DNA of 53,249 nucleotides, taken from positions 1 to 53,249 of IMG/VR virus record IMGVR_UViG_3300031957_002446; one strand, written 5' to 3'. Below, one piece after another: positions 17,015 to 25,725 of this stretch (its first letter is position 1; the number at the start of each line of letters is the position of its first letter). The notes under the pieces were generated by a model that saw only the letters and a program-made list of their open reading frames with translations, did not search any database and had not been told where the DNA came from. A program made the translations under genes and the position numbers. The stretch comes from a virus. Lineage: Duplodnaviria; Caudoviricetes.

Positions 17015-18660
17015 TACTTATAGTCCCACATGTAAGACATGTCGCCATATTCATCACTATACCATCTATCCCCATCTTTATCCACTTCTCCTATGTCATC
17101 CAATCCATCCAAAACAAAACCAAATGGAGCCATGTCCTGTTCAATCTGATTTTTTTGTTCTTCATAGATTCTCTTACGAACATCGTTGTCCGTCATTTCT
17201 TTAAAATAGTCCTGTGCCACGAGCCATGAGAAAATGACTAAACACATAGCGAGGTCATCATTACACCCCTCTTCTGCCTCAAATGACTGTCTCTTCTGCA
17301 CAAATGTGGTTAACTCTGATATAATGTCATAGTCATTAGTGACAAGTTTATCATCTTCCATCAAAGTCTTTAGGTTTGAGCATCCAAGTTTCTTGACGGC
17401 AGATGTCATCCTTACACCTAATTGAGACTTTTTGCCAGAGAATCCAGAACCAACGACTTGTCCAGCCCTACCTCTCATAGCACACATGAGTAAGTTTTCA
17501 TATTCAAGATCAAAGTATAAGATAGAGGACACCTGATCTCCAATATCATTCACTTCTACTAGAACCCATGCTTCATTATATCCATTTGCTACTTCCTGAA
17601 TTATACTAGGAAATAGCATAGGTTTAATTTCATTATTTCTATATTTTGCTACAGCTCTATATGGAAATGTTGTAATATCAAAGACGATAAATGCTGAGTA
17701 GTCGTGTTCTATTCCTCTCGCAACGTCAACCGTTATCAGGTAGTTGTGATCTGGTATCGGATTCTCATAAACATCCAATCCTTTATTTCTCTTGATTGGA
17801 TCTTCATATACTAATGTCTTTAGCTTACTGACACTAATAAGAGTATCAACAGATCCTAGGAATTCGCATTCAAACTCAACCTTGAACTGCTGTTCTGAAG
17901 TGTTCTTGATTGTTTGTTCTTTCCACTTTTTATTTCTTCCCGGTACTTCCGACCAATGAACTTCTGTAGGAACGTAGTCGTTTCTTCCTCTCTGTGCATC
18001 ATGCCAATATCGATAGAAATGGTTCATGCCATGAGGCGTTGAAACCATAATTACCTTTGTGTTTTTACCAGACGAGATAGTAGGATAAACAGAGGCAAAG
18101 AACGCATCAGCAATGTGATTCGGAATGAATGCGAACTCGTCGAGAAAGACGATATTATAGGAGCCGCCACGGACAGCAGATGCAGACGTAGATGCGGCGA
18201 TAATCTTAGATCCATTCTCTAGTTCTAACGATTGTTTGTTCCATACTATAATACCCTGCTGCATCCACTTGGGAAGGTTTTCATAAGCAAGTTGTAATCT
18301 TCCGAGAAGATCCTTTGCGGTAGAAGCCTTGTTGGCAAGGATGGCTATATTTACGTTGTCATTGAAAATCGCATAGTGTAAAAGATAAGACACCACGGTT
18401 GTAGACTTTCCAGTCTGTCGTGGCATCTTACAGATGTTGAATCTATGTTTATGGAAGTTTCTTACAAGTTTTTCTTGGAACTTGTACATTTTAAATGGTA
18501 CAAGACCCTCATCCACGTTTACGATTTGGATGTGATTCTTTGCAAAGTAAACAGGATCTTTTTTACATTTAACAAACTCTTCAATCTGTTCCCGTGTAAA
18601 TTCAATTGGTGTGTAAGCCTTTTTTAAATTAGGATTACCCAAATAGATATTGTCAGACAT
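17014..18660 (-). CDS. gp17: Terminase large subunit
   Basis: PRQTGKST Walker A, VFLDEFAF Walker B, STPHG, nuclease motifs VDVARG and DDLAM. Confidence 0.98.
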   Translation of the reverse strand: MSDNIYLGNPNLKKAYTPIEFTREQIEEFVKCKKDPVYFAKNHIQIVNVDEGLVPFKMYKFQEKLVRNFHKHRFNICKMPRQTGKSTTVVSYLLHYAIFNDNVNIAILANKASTAKDLLGRLQLAYENLPKWMQQGIIVWNKQSLELENGSKIIAASTSASAVRGGSYNIVFLDEFAFIPNHIADAFFASVYPTISSGKNTKVIMVSTPHGMNHFYRYWHDAQRGRNDYVPTEVHWSEVPGRNKKWKEQTIKNTSEQQFKVEFECEFLGSVDTLISVSKLKTLVYEDPIKRNKGLDVYENPIPDHNYLITVDVARGIEHDYSAFIVFDITTFPYRAVAKYRNNEIKPMLFPSIIQEVANGYNEAWVLVEVNDIGDQVSSILYFDLEYENLLMCAMRGRAGQVVGSGFSGKKSQLGVRMTSAVKKLGCSNLKTLMEDDKLVTNDYDIISELTTFVQKRQSFEAEEGCNDDLAMCLVIFSWLVAQDYFKEMTDNDVRKRIYEEQKNQIEQDMAPFGFVLDGLDDIGEVDKDGDRWYSDEYGDMSYMWDYK

Positions 18661-18666
18661 AAAAAA

Positions 18667-19944
18667 TTACCTTTGTTCAATCCAGTTTAATACTGCGAGT
18701 GCTGCTTTGTTAGTGTTGGGAGAAGCACAAGCAAGAGTGTAGATATCACTCACAGTTCCCAATGAACTTCTACCAATCTGTAGTGCTGCCTTATCATCAA
18801 CTTCTACAAGAGAAGAACCACCAGAAATCGTAAATCCACTCAGGACAATATTTCCACCAGTTGTAGCGGTAGCACTTGTGTCGTATTGGATAAAGGAGTT
18901 TGGATCTGGATGATCTGTCCAACTTGCACCAGTTAATGTTGGGTTCTCAATCAATCTCCAATAGACATTAGTATTATCATTCGTTGCTGTTTGTAGAGAT
19001 CTTAACAAAGCAACAGCAGCCAATGAACCAGATTTTAATCTGAGACTTACGACTGGATAAAATGTATTTGCATCTGTCAGTGTAGTTCCAGTAATCGGAT
19101 TAGCAACACTTTCAAGAATACCAAGTTTCTCTGGTTCACCTTCCTGAATCAGAGAATTGGAACCCTGATACATGTAATGATTTCCTGCAACACCAGTTAG
19201 ATTTTCAATCTCAAGACGAATGGGTAAGAATGGAGTAGAACACCAAACAAAGTCATTAGTATTTGAGTTCTCAAATGTATGAGACGGAATTGTCTCATTT
19301 TGCATTAACCAGGCAAACTCTACAATACCAGCACCATACCATTCATAGTTGATGGAAATCATCTGCTGTTTTGTTGCATCAGCAGTTACACCAGTATATC
19401 CATTACCATCAAACTTTTCACCATTCCAATTGTCTCTAGTGACTCTGGTTTCTGTAACAATACCTGTTGTATTACTACGAATTACATAAGAATAAGTTCC
19501 ACCATCATCCTCAAAGTAAGCACCATTATTTTCATCAAACAATCCAAATCTTCTACGAATACCGACCTGTGGAGTATCAAGACGAATTGCAAACGCAAGA
19601 GTAGCAGATCTGCCAGGAATGTATCTCATTACATTCCTGGTTTGTCGAATTACTTTACTTCCAGCTGCAGAACCAACCTCCATTACTACATTACTGGAAT
19701 TTAGATTAAAAGTAGCAGTTGCACCGACTCCGACTACTTGCTCATCCCAGACATCAGTTTCCTTACCATATTGGAAAGTGTCGAAGAATACTGTCTGATA
19801 TGGAGCAACCTTTAATCTGTTATTGTTAGAAAATTGAGGTCTCCAATCCGTCTGGTTTCCCCAGTGATCAGCAATATTATATACCTCAAATAGAGATCTT
19901 TCCTGGTTTAGAAAGTCCTGTGTGTTCTTATTCCACTGAGCCAT
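18667..19944 (-). CDS. Beta-rich putative virion protein of unknown function
   Basis: 425-aa ORF, Gly/Thr/aromatic-rich (RYIPGR, YEWYGAG); in the gp16-gp17 interval. Confidence 0.7.
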   Translation of the reverse strand: MAQWNKNTQDFLNQERSLFEVYNIADHWGNQTDWRPQFSNNNRLKVAPYQTVFFDTFQYGKETDVWDEQVVGVGATATFNLNSSNVVMEVGSAAGSKVIRQTRNVMRYIPGRSATLAFAIRLDTPQVGIRRRFGLFDENNGAYFEDDGGTYSYVIRSNTTGIVTETRVTRDNWNGEKFDGNGYTGVTADATKQQMISINYEWYGAGIVEFAWLMQNETIPSHTFENSNTNDFVWCSTPFLPIRLEIENLTGVAGNHYMYQGSNSLIQEGEPEKLGILESVANPITGTTLTDANTFYPVVSLRLKSGSLAAVALLRSLQTATNDNTNVYWRLIENPTLTGASWTDHPDPNSFIQYDTSATATTGGNIVLSGFTISGGSSLVEVDDKAALQIGRSSLGTVSDIYTLACASPNTNKAALAVLNWIEQR

Positions 19945-19947
19945 GAT

Positions 19948-20268
19948 TTAAATCCACTCTAGTTTTGAAGGATGATATCTCCTTGTATTTTTAATGTTGA
20001 AATTCTTTTCTTCTACTGGATAAATGTTTTGAACCATTGCTCCAGGATAATCTTTTTGTAGTTGTTCTCCAAGTTCTTGTTTGGTTGGAATACCATTCTT
20101 GGATACCATCTCAAGACGATAGATGCTACCGTTCCAGGTAACATCTGCAACATAATTCTCACCAACCTGAGTAGGTTCTGGCTCAGATTGACCAATGTAC
20201 ATGTTTCCATTGAAGTCACCTTGAATGGTGACTCCTTCTGATAGAAATTGTTTGAATGATTTAGACAT
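19948..20268 (-). CDS. Putative internal head protein with a capsid-targeting-like N-terminus
   Basis: Begins MSKSFKQFLSE; shares a domain with the upstream ORF. Confidence 0.7.
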   Translation of the reverse strand: MSKSFKQFLSEGVTIQGDFNGNMYIGQSEPEPTQVGENYVADVTWNGSIYRLEMVSKNGIPTKQELGEQLQKDYPGAMVQNIYPVEEKNFNIKNTRRYHPSKLEWI

Positions 20269-21494
20269 TAGTTACAGTTCCAACGACGGAGGGCTTTGTT
20301 GATATTTGAATCTGGGTCTCTTGCAGTTTTAGCAGATGTAAGTCGTTTCTTCATACCGCCCATTCTTGCACAGAATGATGCACGACGAGACTTTCTCTTT
20401 CCTTTTGGATTCTTCTCAGTTACAGCAGTCTTTAACTTTGAGCCGGGATTCTCACGGCGATATGCATTGACTGCTTTTTGACTTAGGCCATCGGTCTTGT
20501 CTTTGCGGTTAACTTTCTGCCAGTCTTCTCTAATCTTGGTCTCGAAAGATCCATCTCCATCTGGAATTTTTTCTCCATAATCACCGCTTGCTTTTTCTTT
20601 TTTATCACTAGGATCGATGTCTCCATCCACATCTGCATCAAGTCTATTGACAGCATCTCTAGACTTTTTCTTTAGATTTGATCCATCAATTCTGTGCTCT
20701 GTATTTTTGGGAGTTCCACGTCCTTCAAATTCTGCACCAACAAATTCAGTTGCTTCCTTCTTGATCGCGTCTGCAATCTCATGAGCCTTTTTAATAGTTC
20801 TCTTCTCTAGAGGTGGTTCGTCACCATACTTCTTTTTTGCAGATGCCATTCCAATGGCATATGGATTATTTGCCTCGGCAAATTCTTTCCAAGTTTGAGA
20901 ACCCTCAACTTGAATAAGTGGAGCTCCAGGTTCTCTATCTTTTTCTAGGAAATTTACTAAAACAGCACTTGGATAAACTTTTTGGAGTTGAGCATTTAAT
21001 TGCTCCCTTGTAGGTCTCTTGGCACTTGGGAAGAAAAATTGAAGAGATTTATACTGACCTCTGAATTGGAAAAACACCATGTAAGTTTTTCCATAGTTTT
21101 TTATCAATTCAAATTTTTCTTCTAATTCAAACTCTTCCTTTTTTGCTGGTTTAGTTTCAGATGCTTTTTTGTTGGTAAAAGATCTCTTTTTATTTTTCTT
21201 CGTCTCCTTCTCAACTTCTCTCATCTTGAGAGCTTGACTCACTCTACGTCTGAAAGAATCTCTGCCTAAAGGTGGTTTAGTTGCATCTAAAGCATGAGCC
21301 GTTGCTAGACCAACCCCTTCATCAACATCACCCATTGGTTTTACATAGTTATCGTCTTTCCCAGGCTTTGCTGCACTGCCACCCATGGGAATACGTTTAA
21401 TGGTAAACTTTTCCCAATTTTCAGGGCCATAACTGCATTCTTCTTTATATTCTTTCTTGCCACAGAGCTGACAGAAACGTCTTTCCATTTGCAT
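20268..21494 (-). CDS. Modular basic protein with C-terminal DUF6321-like domain; putative internal head protein
   Basis: C-terminus RRASFCARMGG...ALRRWNC; N-terminal CxxC..C; own late promoter. Confidence 0.75.
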   Translation of the reverse strand: MQMERRFCQLCGKKEYKEECSYGPENWEKFTIKRIPMGGSAAKPGKDDNYVKPMGDVDEGVGLATAHALDATKPPLGRDSFRRRVSQALKMREVEKETKKNKKRSFTNKKASETKPAKKEEFELEEKFELIKNYGKTYMVFFQFRGQYKSLQFFFPSAKRPTREQLNAQLQKVYPSAVLVNFLEKDREPGAPLIQVEGSQTWKEFAEANNPYAIGMASAKKKYGDEPPLEKRTIKKAHEIADAIKKEATEFVGAEFEGRGTPKNTEHRIDGSNLKKKSRDAVNRLDADVDGDIDPSDKKEKASGDYGEKIPDGDGSFETKIREDWQKVNRKDKTDGLSQKAVNAYRRENPGSKLKTAVTEKNPKGKRKSRRASFCARMGGMKKRLTSAKTARDPDSNINKALRRWNCN

Positions 21495-21515
21495 TAATAC
21501 TGATACCCAGTATTT

Positions 21516-21923
21516 TTATTTATCTAAATTTTTTATGAACTTAGTTAAATCTGCAGTAGATCCTTTGAAAAAAACAGCATTGTTGGTAACTGATGTTGGT
21601 CCCTTCGCAGATTCTTCGTCTAAATCTTTGACCTTCTTCTGTAACTCCATCAGTTTATCCGCAGTGTCAGCAACACTTTTTAAAATCTGACCAGCGACTT
21701 CATACGCTCTAGGTGACGAGGATTCTTGAGCCAATTCCATGATTCCATCAAGACTCTCTTGACCCTTTTCAATAAGACTATAAAGTTGACCTCTTGTGTA
21801 CTCGTAGTCTTTTTTGATGTCATTTATATCAGACTTGACTATTTTCTTCTCATCCAAAACTTCTGGATCAATGATGGATTCAGTTTCCCCGTCAAATGAT
21901 GCATCTATACTATCAAACTTCAT
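21516..21923 (-). CDS. gp16: Terminase small subunit
   Basis: DYEYTRGQLY, SPRAYEVAGQ, NNAVFF.GSTADL; follows gp15. Confidence 0.92.
   Translation of the reverse strand: MKFDSIDASFDGETESIIDPEVLDEKKIVKSDINDIKKDYEYTRGQLYSLIEKGQESLDGIMELAQESSSPRAYEVAGQILKSVADTADKLMELQKKVKDLDEESAKGPTSVTNNAVFFKGSTADLTKFIKNLDK
21517..21523 (-). promoter_or_regulatory. Late promoter (ATAAATA) overlapping the gp16 stop
   Basis: Consensus match ~22 nt upstream of ORF 20268..21494. Confidence 0.7.
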
Positions 21924-22756
21924 GAATCAGTACCCGTAAATGGATTGAATGATTTTGAATCCTCAAAATAATCAAATGTTTCGGTAAATCCAAAATCATC
22001 TCCAGGTTGTGCTGATATTGGATCTGGCACAACTGTATATCTAGAATCTCTCTTAGAAGTTGCTCTATTTGTATTGCTGTGATAATCAACCTGAACCTTA
22101 CGAATAATATCAGCGTTAGAGTCAGGAATGGGTCCGAAGAGATATGTGTTTGCAGTAAACTGCAATGTATAAATCAAAGCTCTTCTTTCTGTGAAGTTGC
22201 CCTCATATTCATCTTGAATATTGATACTATCTAAAGTGATTGGAATATCTCTTTTTTCTCCGATAGAACTTAGAAGATCTACAGTGACTCTAAAAGATGG
22301 TTGAAATACTGGAAGAATCTGCTCAATAATTTGAAGAGCGTCTTCATTCAATTTAGTATAAATTGACAGTTCAAATTGAAGATTGTATGGTACTGGAAGA
22401 AAAACTTTTTTTACATCATCACCACTAACTGCTTTGAATGATTTTGTTGTATTTGTTTTTCTAGGTGCGTCATATGATATTCCCACCATCTCAAATGACA
22501 TTCTTGGCAAAGTAATGGCTACCGGTTTGTCAAGTCTGGCTTGCTGCTCCATTCTTGCCAAAAACTTTGCTTGAGGTGCATATGCTAAAGGAACTTTTAA
22601 ATCACTAATAACAATCTCACTGCCAACATCAACTCCAGGAGAAACAGTAGATGGAGAATCTGTTCCTTGCTTACGAACGTGAATATCATTAAACAATGTG
22701 CCAAAAGCAACAATTGTTTTTCTAATTATTTCGTGATAATAGTATGTTCCTAACAT
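21920..22756 (-). CDS. gp15: Tail sheath stabiliser / terminator protein
   Basis: FGTLFNDI, TLPRMSFE, PVPYNL, QIIEQILPVFQP. Confidence 0.95.
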   Translation of the reverse strand: MLGTYYYHEIIRKTIVAFGTLFNDIHVRKQGTDSPSTVSPGVDVGSEIVISDLKVPLAYAPQAKFLARMEQQARLDKPVAITLPRMSFEMVGISYDAPRKTNTTKSFKAVSGDDVKKVFLPVPYNLQFELSIYTKLNEDALQIIEQILPVFQPSFRVTVDLLSSIGEKRDIPITLDSINIQDEYEGNFTERRALIYTLQFTANTYLFGPIPDSNADIIRKVQVDYHSNTNRATSKRDSRYTVVPDPISAQPGDDFGFTETFDYFEDSKSFNPFTGTDS

Positions 22757-24126
22757 CAGAATGTACCAAATGGATTAGTTTCAGTGAAATCTAGAATATC
22801 ATCAGCAAATTCTTCAATATCAAGATTTTGCGAAAATTCAATTTCTTGCTCTGGTTCGTTATTGTAAGATGATACAGTTCTAGTTGCACTAGAAGCAGAA
22901 CCGGTTATAACCTCACCAGAGGTAAAGTTACCACTATTTATGTAAACCTCAATATAATTATCATTCTCATCGTATTTCTTGATTCTAGCAGTGGCTCCAG
23001 AAAGACTTCCTGTAATGGTCTCATTTTTTTGGAACGTCCCTACTCCAGCAGCTGCTGGAACATTAAATGCAATTTCAGGATCTGCAGTGTAACCAAATCC
23101 AGTGTTTGTAAATCTGACTTCTGTTATGGATCCGCCAGATCCAACAACGCCTTCAGCAATTGCTGTAGATGTGGCAGCACCAGTTATGGTAATTGTTGGT
23201 GATAATGTATAAGAAGATCCAAAAGTAGAGAGAGTGATTACTCTCAAGACACCATCTGAAATTGTTGCTGTTGCAGCAGCTCCTGCTCCCCCACCACCAC
23301 TAAATGTAACATTTGGTGGTTGAGTATATCCAGAACCAGCATTAGTTACGAATATCGTAGAAATGCCTCCATTAGAAACTGTAGCTGAAGCGGTGGCATC
23401 TATTCCTCCAGAAGGTGCTGTAGATATAGAAACCGTTGGTGCGGATGTGTAACCATATCCATCATTATTGATAGTGAAGAATTGAATTCCTCCAACTGCA
23501 GTTGAAGCGACTCCTACAGCACTTACACCGATTCCTGAAACTAAATTAATTCTTGTAATATATCCATAATCTTCCATGTTATCATCAATTTCCTCAACGG
23601 AAGATTCAATAATCTCACTATCGCTGAGTTGTAGGAGTTCACACTTGAGTTCATAAACGTAATTTCTTCCTAATTGAAAATATGGTTTTTCCTGCTCTAC
23701 ATATTTAATCTCAAACATTCTCTGACCAAGAGGAAAATATATTACATCTCCTTCCCTAGGTCTGGAAGTTAGGATAGTTTCGTCTGGATCATTAGCTTGC
23801 AAATCTTCTAAAAATGGTTCAATAAATGTGTCCCATCTTTCTCTTGATATTGTAAGAGATATCTCATCTTTTAATTCAATACCAAATTTTGTCATAATAT
23901 TGGTACTATCTCCATATCCCTCAAAATTGTTGAGATATGCCTCAATAATAAAGTTATCGTCAAATTTTGACATAATAACTTCATTAGAAAATTTTTCTCT
24001 ACCTAGAATTTTTCTAGGCATATAATAAACATCAATCCCATAGATCTTCAACTGTTCGTTGATAAGATCCTGCATCAAATATTGTTCGCCAGCTGATCCT
24101 TGTAAAAAGAAGGGATTGAGTGCCAT
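22756..24126 (-). CDS. gp14: Neck protein with inserted Gly-rich repeats
   Basis: YGIDVYYMPR, RPREGDVIYFP, FEIKYVE, C-terminal DFTETNPFG. Confidence 0.93.
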   Translation of the reverse strand: MALNPFFLQGSAGEQYLMQDLINEQLKIYGIDVYYMPRKILGREKFSNEVIMSKFDDNFIIEAYLNNFEGYGDSTNIMTKFGIELKDEISLTISRERWDTFIEPFLEDLQANDPDETILTSRPREGDVIYFPLGQRMFEIKYVEQEKPYFQLGRNYVYELKCELLQLSDSEIIESSVEEIDDNMEDYGYITRINLVSGIGVSAVGVASTAVGGIQFFTINNDGYGYTSAPTVSISTAPSGGIDATASATVSNGGISTIFVTNAGSGYTQPPNVTFSGGGGAGAAATATISDGVLRVITLSTFGSSYTLSPTITITGAATSTAIAEGVVGSGGSITEVRFTNTGFGYTADPEIAFNVPAAAGVGTFQKNETITGSLSGATARIKKYDENDNYIEVYINSGNFTSGEVITGSASSATRTVSSYNNEPEQEIEFSQNLDIEEFADDILDFTETNPFGTF

Positions 24127-24132
24127 TGTTTA

Positions 24133-24969
24133 TCACCCGATCATGTCTAGAGGTGGAAGTTCATATGTGGACTGCATTTTCTCCTCAATATCTCTCAATT
24201 CTGCAACTGCATCATCATAATACTGTCTACCATTAAGTTCTACTCCACCAGGTAGTTTAGTTCCACTAAATTTAATGAGATTTGCTCCCCATTGCTTCTT
24301 AATCATTGATGTTAGATATCTCTTCAACCAACTGTCATTATAGATTTTGGGAAAGTCTGTTGGATTCAAAGCCCTTTCACAATCGATGACGATGTAGTCT
24401 CCTGCAGTTTGTGCTTCCCAGTCAATATCCAAGTAAAGTCTATTTTGTCTCTTGGTATATCTTACTTGCTTATCTGTAGTTAGTAGAAAATCAATATCTG
24501 ACAAATATGATTTTGTCATGCTGTAGTGTAACAGATCTACACTACTGAAATAATATAGATCATTTAAAAATAATTGATACTTAATACTAAACATACCACC
24601 AGAAATGGTGCTAGTGTCAAATTTGAATATTTTGTTGATCCCCAATACTTGATCAGGAACTTGGATATAATTAGAGTTCTCATAATAACTGAACGTAGTA
24701 GCTGTACCTACAATTGTAGAAGTTCCGGTTGTCGTTACAATACCAACTCCACCAGCCTTTGCTCGGCCTCTATTGATATCATCTTGAGTGATCTGATATT
24801 TAAGATACATTCTCTCAGAACCATCATAATGACGTTCCTGAAAAAATTGAATTGCATCATCTACTAGATCGTCGATTTGATCATCATCAACGTTAATTTC
24901 TAGTACAGGAGCTCCAAGTCTCCTAAGACAATAATCAATCAGTTCTTGTCTAGTTGTTGGTGATGCCAT
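24133..24969 (-). CDS. gp13: Neck protein
   Basis: LRRLGAPVLEINV, KQWGANLIKF...LPGGVELNG. Confidence 0.95.
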   Translation of the reverse strand: MASPTTRQELIDYCLRRLGAPVLEINVDDDQIDDLVDDAIQFFQERHYDGSERMYLKYQITQDDINRGRAKAGGVGIVTTTGTSTIVGTATTFSYYENSNYIQVPDQVLGINKIFKFDTSTISGGMFSIKYQLFLNDLYYFSSVDLLHYSMTKSYLSDIDFLLTTDKQVRYTKRQNRLYLDIDWEAQTAGDYIVIDCERALNPTDFPKIYNDSWLKRYLTSMIKKQWGANLIKFSGTKLPGGVELNGRQYYDDAVAELRDIEEKMQSTYELPPLDMIG

Positions 24970-25166
24970 CAGAATTCGCCGCCATCTATGATTTGACTAG
25001 AAGTCCACAATTTTGTGGTTGCATCATATTTAAGGATTGATCCTTCATATTGACCATTGGTTAGGACATCAACGTCAATTAAATCCCTTAAAGCTCTTTC
25101 CCGATCGGCGCGTAATACTTTAGTTCCATTACTTGCGCCAACTCTTACAGTTAATCTATCAGACAT
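24969..25166 (-). CDS. Small putative virion protein (ends DGGEF)
   Basis: ORF track; coupled at both ends. Confidence 0.7.
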   Translation of the reverse strand: MSDRLTVRVGASNGTKVLRADRERALRDLIDVDVLTNGQYEGSILKYDATTKLWTSSQIIDGGEF

Positions 25167-25501
25167 TAGCGAGTAACTCCTGCTCTGACTAGAGCGGTTC
25201 CTTCTACGATTCTTACATTTTCACCCAAGCCATTGATGTAAACATCATAAAGATATCTGCCAGGTTTGATAGCAGAAGTTACAGAAGATCCTAGAGAGAT
25301 TCTTACTGTTCCACCTGCCGGATTTGTAACAGTAGCAGCAAAAGCAACTTTAGTTGAACTTGAATAAGTTTTTCTAAGTTGGGCAGACGCAGCATATCCA
25401 ACCAAAGATTTGGGAGCATTTGTTTCTGTGCCCTCAACATCGAAGAAAAAATCAAAGTCGGAACCTTGATCAATAGTCAGATTGTGGACGTATACTGCCA
25501 T
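25166..25501 (-). CDS. Putative virion protein, Ig-like (BppU N-terminal-like)
   Basis: NLTIDQGSDF, AQLRK, GRYLYDV, RIVEG....GVTR. Confidence 0.75.
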   Translation of the reverse strand: MAVYVHNLTIDQGSDFDFFFDVEGTETNAPKSLVGYAASAQLRKTYSSSTKVAFAATVTNPAGGTVRISLGSSVTSAIKPGRYLYDVYINGLGENVRIVEGTALVRAGVTR

Positions 25502-25521
25502 TGCTATTAGTCGGCCTAGGA

Positions 25522-25725
25522 CTATTTATGTTTGTCCAATAGTTGTCTAACCAATGATTTTAACTCACTGACTTCATTTTTTAGATTTTTCAATTCCTCC
25601 CTTTCCCTTCTTTTCTTTTCCCTTGCCTGCATATATCGTTCATATTCATTACTATTCAAATTAATTACAGCTTCAGTAATTGGATCCCGATAAAAATCAG
25701 GATCCCCATCAACCTTTTTCATCAT
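25522..25725 (-). CDS. Small coiled-coil hypothetical protein
   Basis: RDP.T.AVIN..EY motif and heptad C-terminus; overlaps the upstream stop. Confidence 0.75.
   Translation of the reverse strand: MMKKVDGDPDFYRDPITEAVINLNSNEYERYMQAREKKRREREELKNLKNEVSELKSLVRQLLDKHK
25523..25529 (-). promoter_or_regulatory. Late promoter (ATAAATA) for the neck/packaging genes
   Basis: Consensus match overlapping a stop codon, ~21 nt upstream of the next ATG. Confidence 0.7.

Noticed and set aside
1293-18660. Inteins, introns or homing endonucleases in gp46, uvsW, gp20, gp23 or gp17
   Set aside because: All are of normal length with contiguous motifs; no splice-junction, LAGLIDADG, HNH or GIY-YIG motifs seen.
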